Positions 62,905 through 64,000 of a stretch of DNA of 64,000 nt are shown in pieces. A program made the translations under genes and the position numbers. The first letter of the stretch is position 1; each line of letters opens with the position of its first letter. The notes under the pieces are model-generated. The model had not been told where the DNA came from, ran no database searches, and saw only the letters and a list, made by a program, of their open reading frames with translations. The stretch comes from Amphiscolops sp. MND2022 (taxonomy: Eukaryota). Where the stretch lies: NCBI GenBank assembly GCA_964187785.1, contig OZ076409.1, positions 99,016,001 through 99,080,000 on the forward strand. Direction: 5' to 3'.

Positions 62905-64000
62905 AACAAGCCGGGACCGGCCCAAGTCGGCGCCATATCCAAGGCTCAAAAACAGCAAAAAGACTTCCAAGTGTCAAGTATTCTTTTACAGTAGTCGAAA
63001 ATCGAAAATTTTTCGAAATTTTTTTTGAAAAAATTACATATTAAAACAAGCCGGGACCGGCCCAAGTCGGCGCCATATCCAAGGCTCAAAAATAGCAAAA
63101 AGACTTCCAAGTGTCAAGTATTCGTTTACAGTAGTCGAAAATTGAAAATTTTTCGAAATTTTTTTTTTGAAAAAATTACATACTAAAAAATGGACCGAGT
63201 GGCGCACCGGGGCTCGCTACCGCGAGCCCCTGGCGCGCTAACGTCTCACAATGCCGAAAAACTGAAAGGGGGGACCCTTTGAGGTTTTTCAACATCCATT
63301 CTGTCGCAAAACATGAAAAAATTGAAGAAAAATTTTTTTTTAATTTTCGGGATAAAATCTCACAATGCCGAAAAAAACTGAAAGGAGGAACCCTTTGGGA
63401 TTTTCCAACATCCATTCTGTCGCAAAACATCAAAAAAAATGCAGGGGGACCCTTTGAGGAAAAAAAATTTCGAAAAAAAATCCGAAAAAAAATGTCTCGC
63501 AGTGCCGAAAAAAATTGAAAGGGGGGACTCTTTGGTCTCGCCCGGTATGATATGTTACGCGGAAAAACAGGTAAAACCATTTTGGACCAGTTCGCTAGGC
63601 CAAATGGTGCTATTTGACACCATAATATTTTGTAGAACTTTTAAGAACTATTTTGGTCAGTTCGTGTGGATAGGAAAAAAAAAGAGTCACTATAATAGTC
63701 GCGTTTCACTTCATGAAGCGCCGACTAAAAATGGACCGAGTGGCGCGCTACCGTCTCACAATGCCGAAAAACTGAAAGGGGGGACCCTTTGAGGTTTTTC
63801 AACATCCATTCTGTCGCAAAACATGAAAAAATTGAAGAAAACAAAAAAATTTTATTTTCGGGAAAAAATCTCACAATGCCGAAAAAAACTGAAAGGAGGA
63901 ACCCTTTGGGATTTTCCAACAACCATTCTGTCGCAAAACATCAAAAAAAATGCAGGGGGGACCCTTTGAGGAAAAAAATTCGAAAAAAAATCCGAAAAAA
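62905..64000 (-). mobile_element. Tandem/nested HINE/DINE-like copies with a duplicated ~139-bp end
   Basis: 62905-63043 is repeated at 63044-63183; internal subrepeats recur to the window end. Confidence 0.7.

Overview
AT-rich, repeat-dense eukaryotic (animal-like) genomic DNA with spliceosomal GT-AG introns. The species cannot be determined from the sequence alone. From left to right: (1) the right end of a decaying Polinton/Maverick (adintovirus-like) element (1-~5365) with an A32-type packaging ATPase, penton-like minor capsid, adenain-like protease and two small conserved ORFs; (2) a decayed LINE split by a 1.9-kb Helentron-type non-autonomous element; (3) a near-intact 5.4-kb LINE with three ORFs (SGNH-esterase-like, PHD/zinc-knuckle ORF1, APE-RT ORF2); (4) a young, full-length 12.1-kb Ty3/Gypsy element (LTRs ~99% identical, CGGAC TSD). 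Its 3' region hides a five-exon ANTISENSE gene fusing a Ginger/GIN-like integrase N-terminal zinc-binding module to an OTU-like cysteine protease, plus a possible small membrane-protein ORF; (5) a six-exon host B-box/coiled-coil gene and exons of two minus-strand host genes; (6) many Helentron-like (DINE/HINE-type), hAT-like and Tc1/pogo-like MITEs. All domain and family calls come from motif recognition by eye, not database searches.
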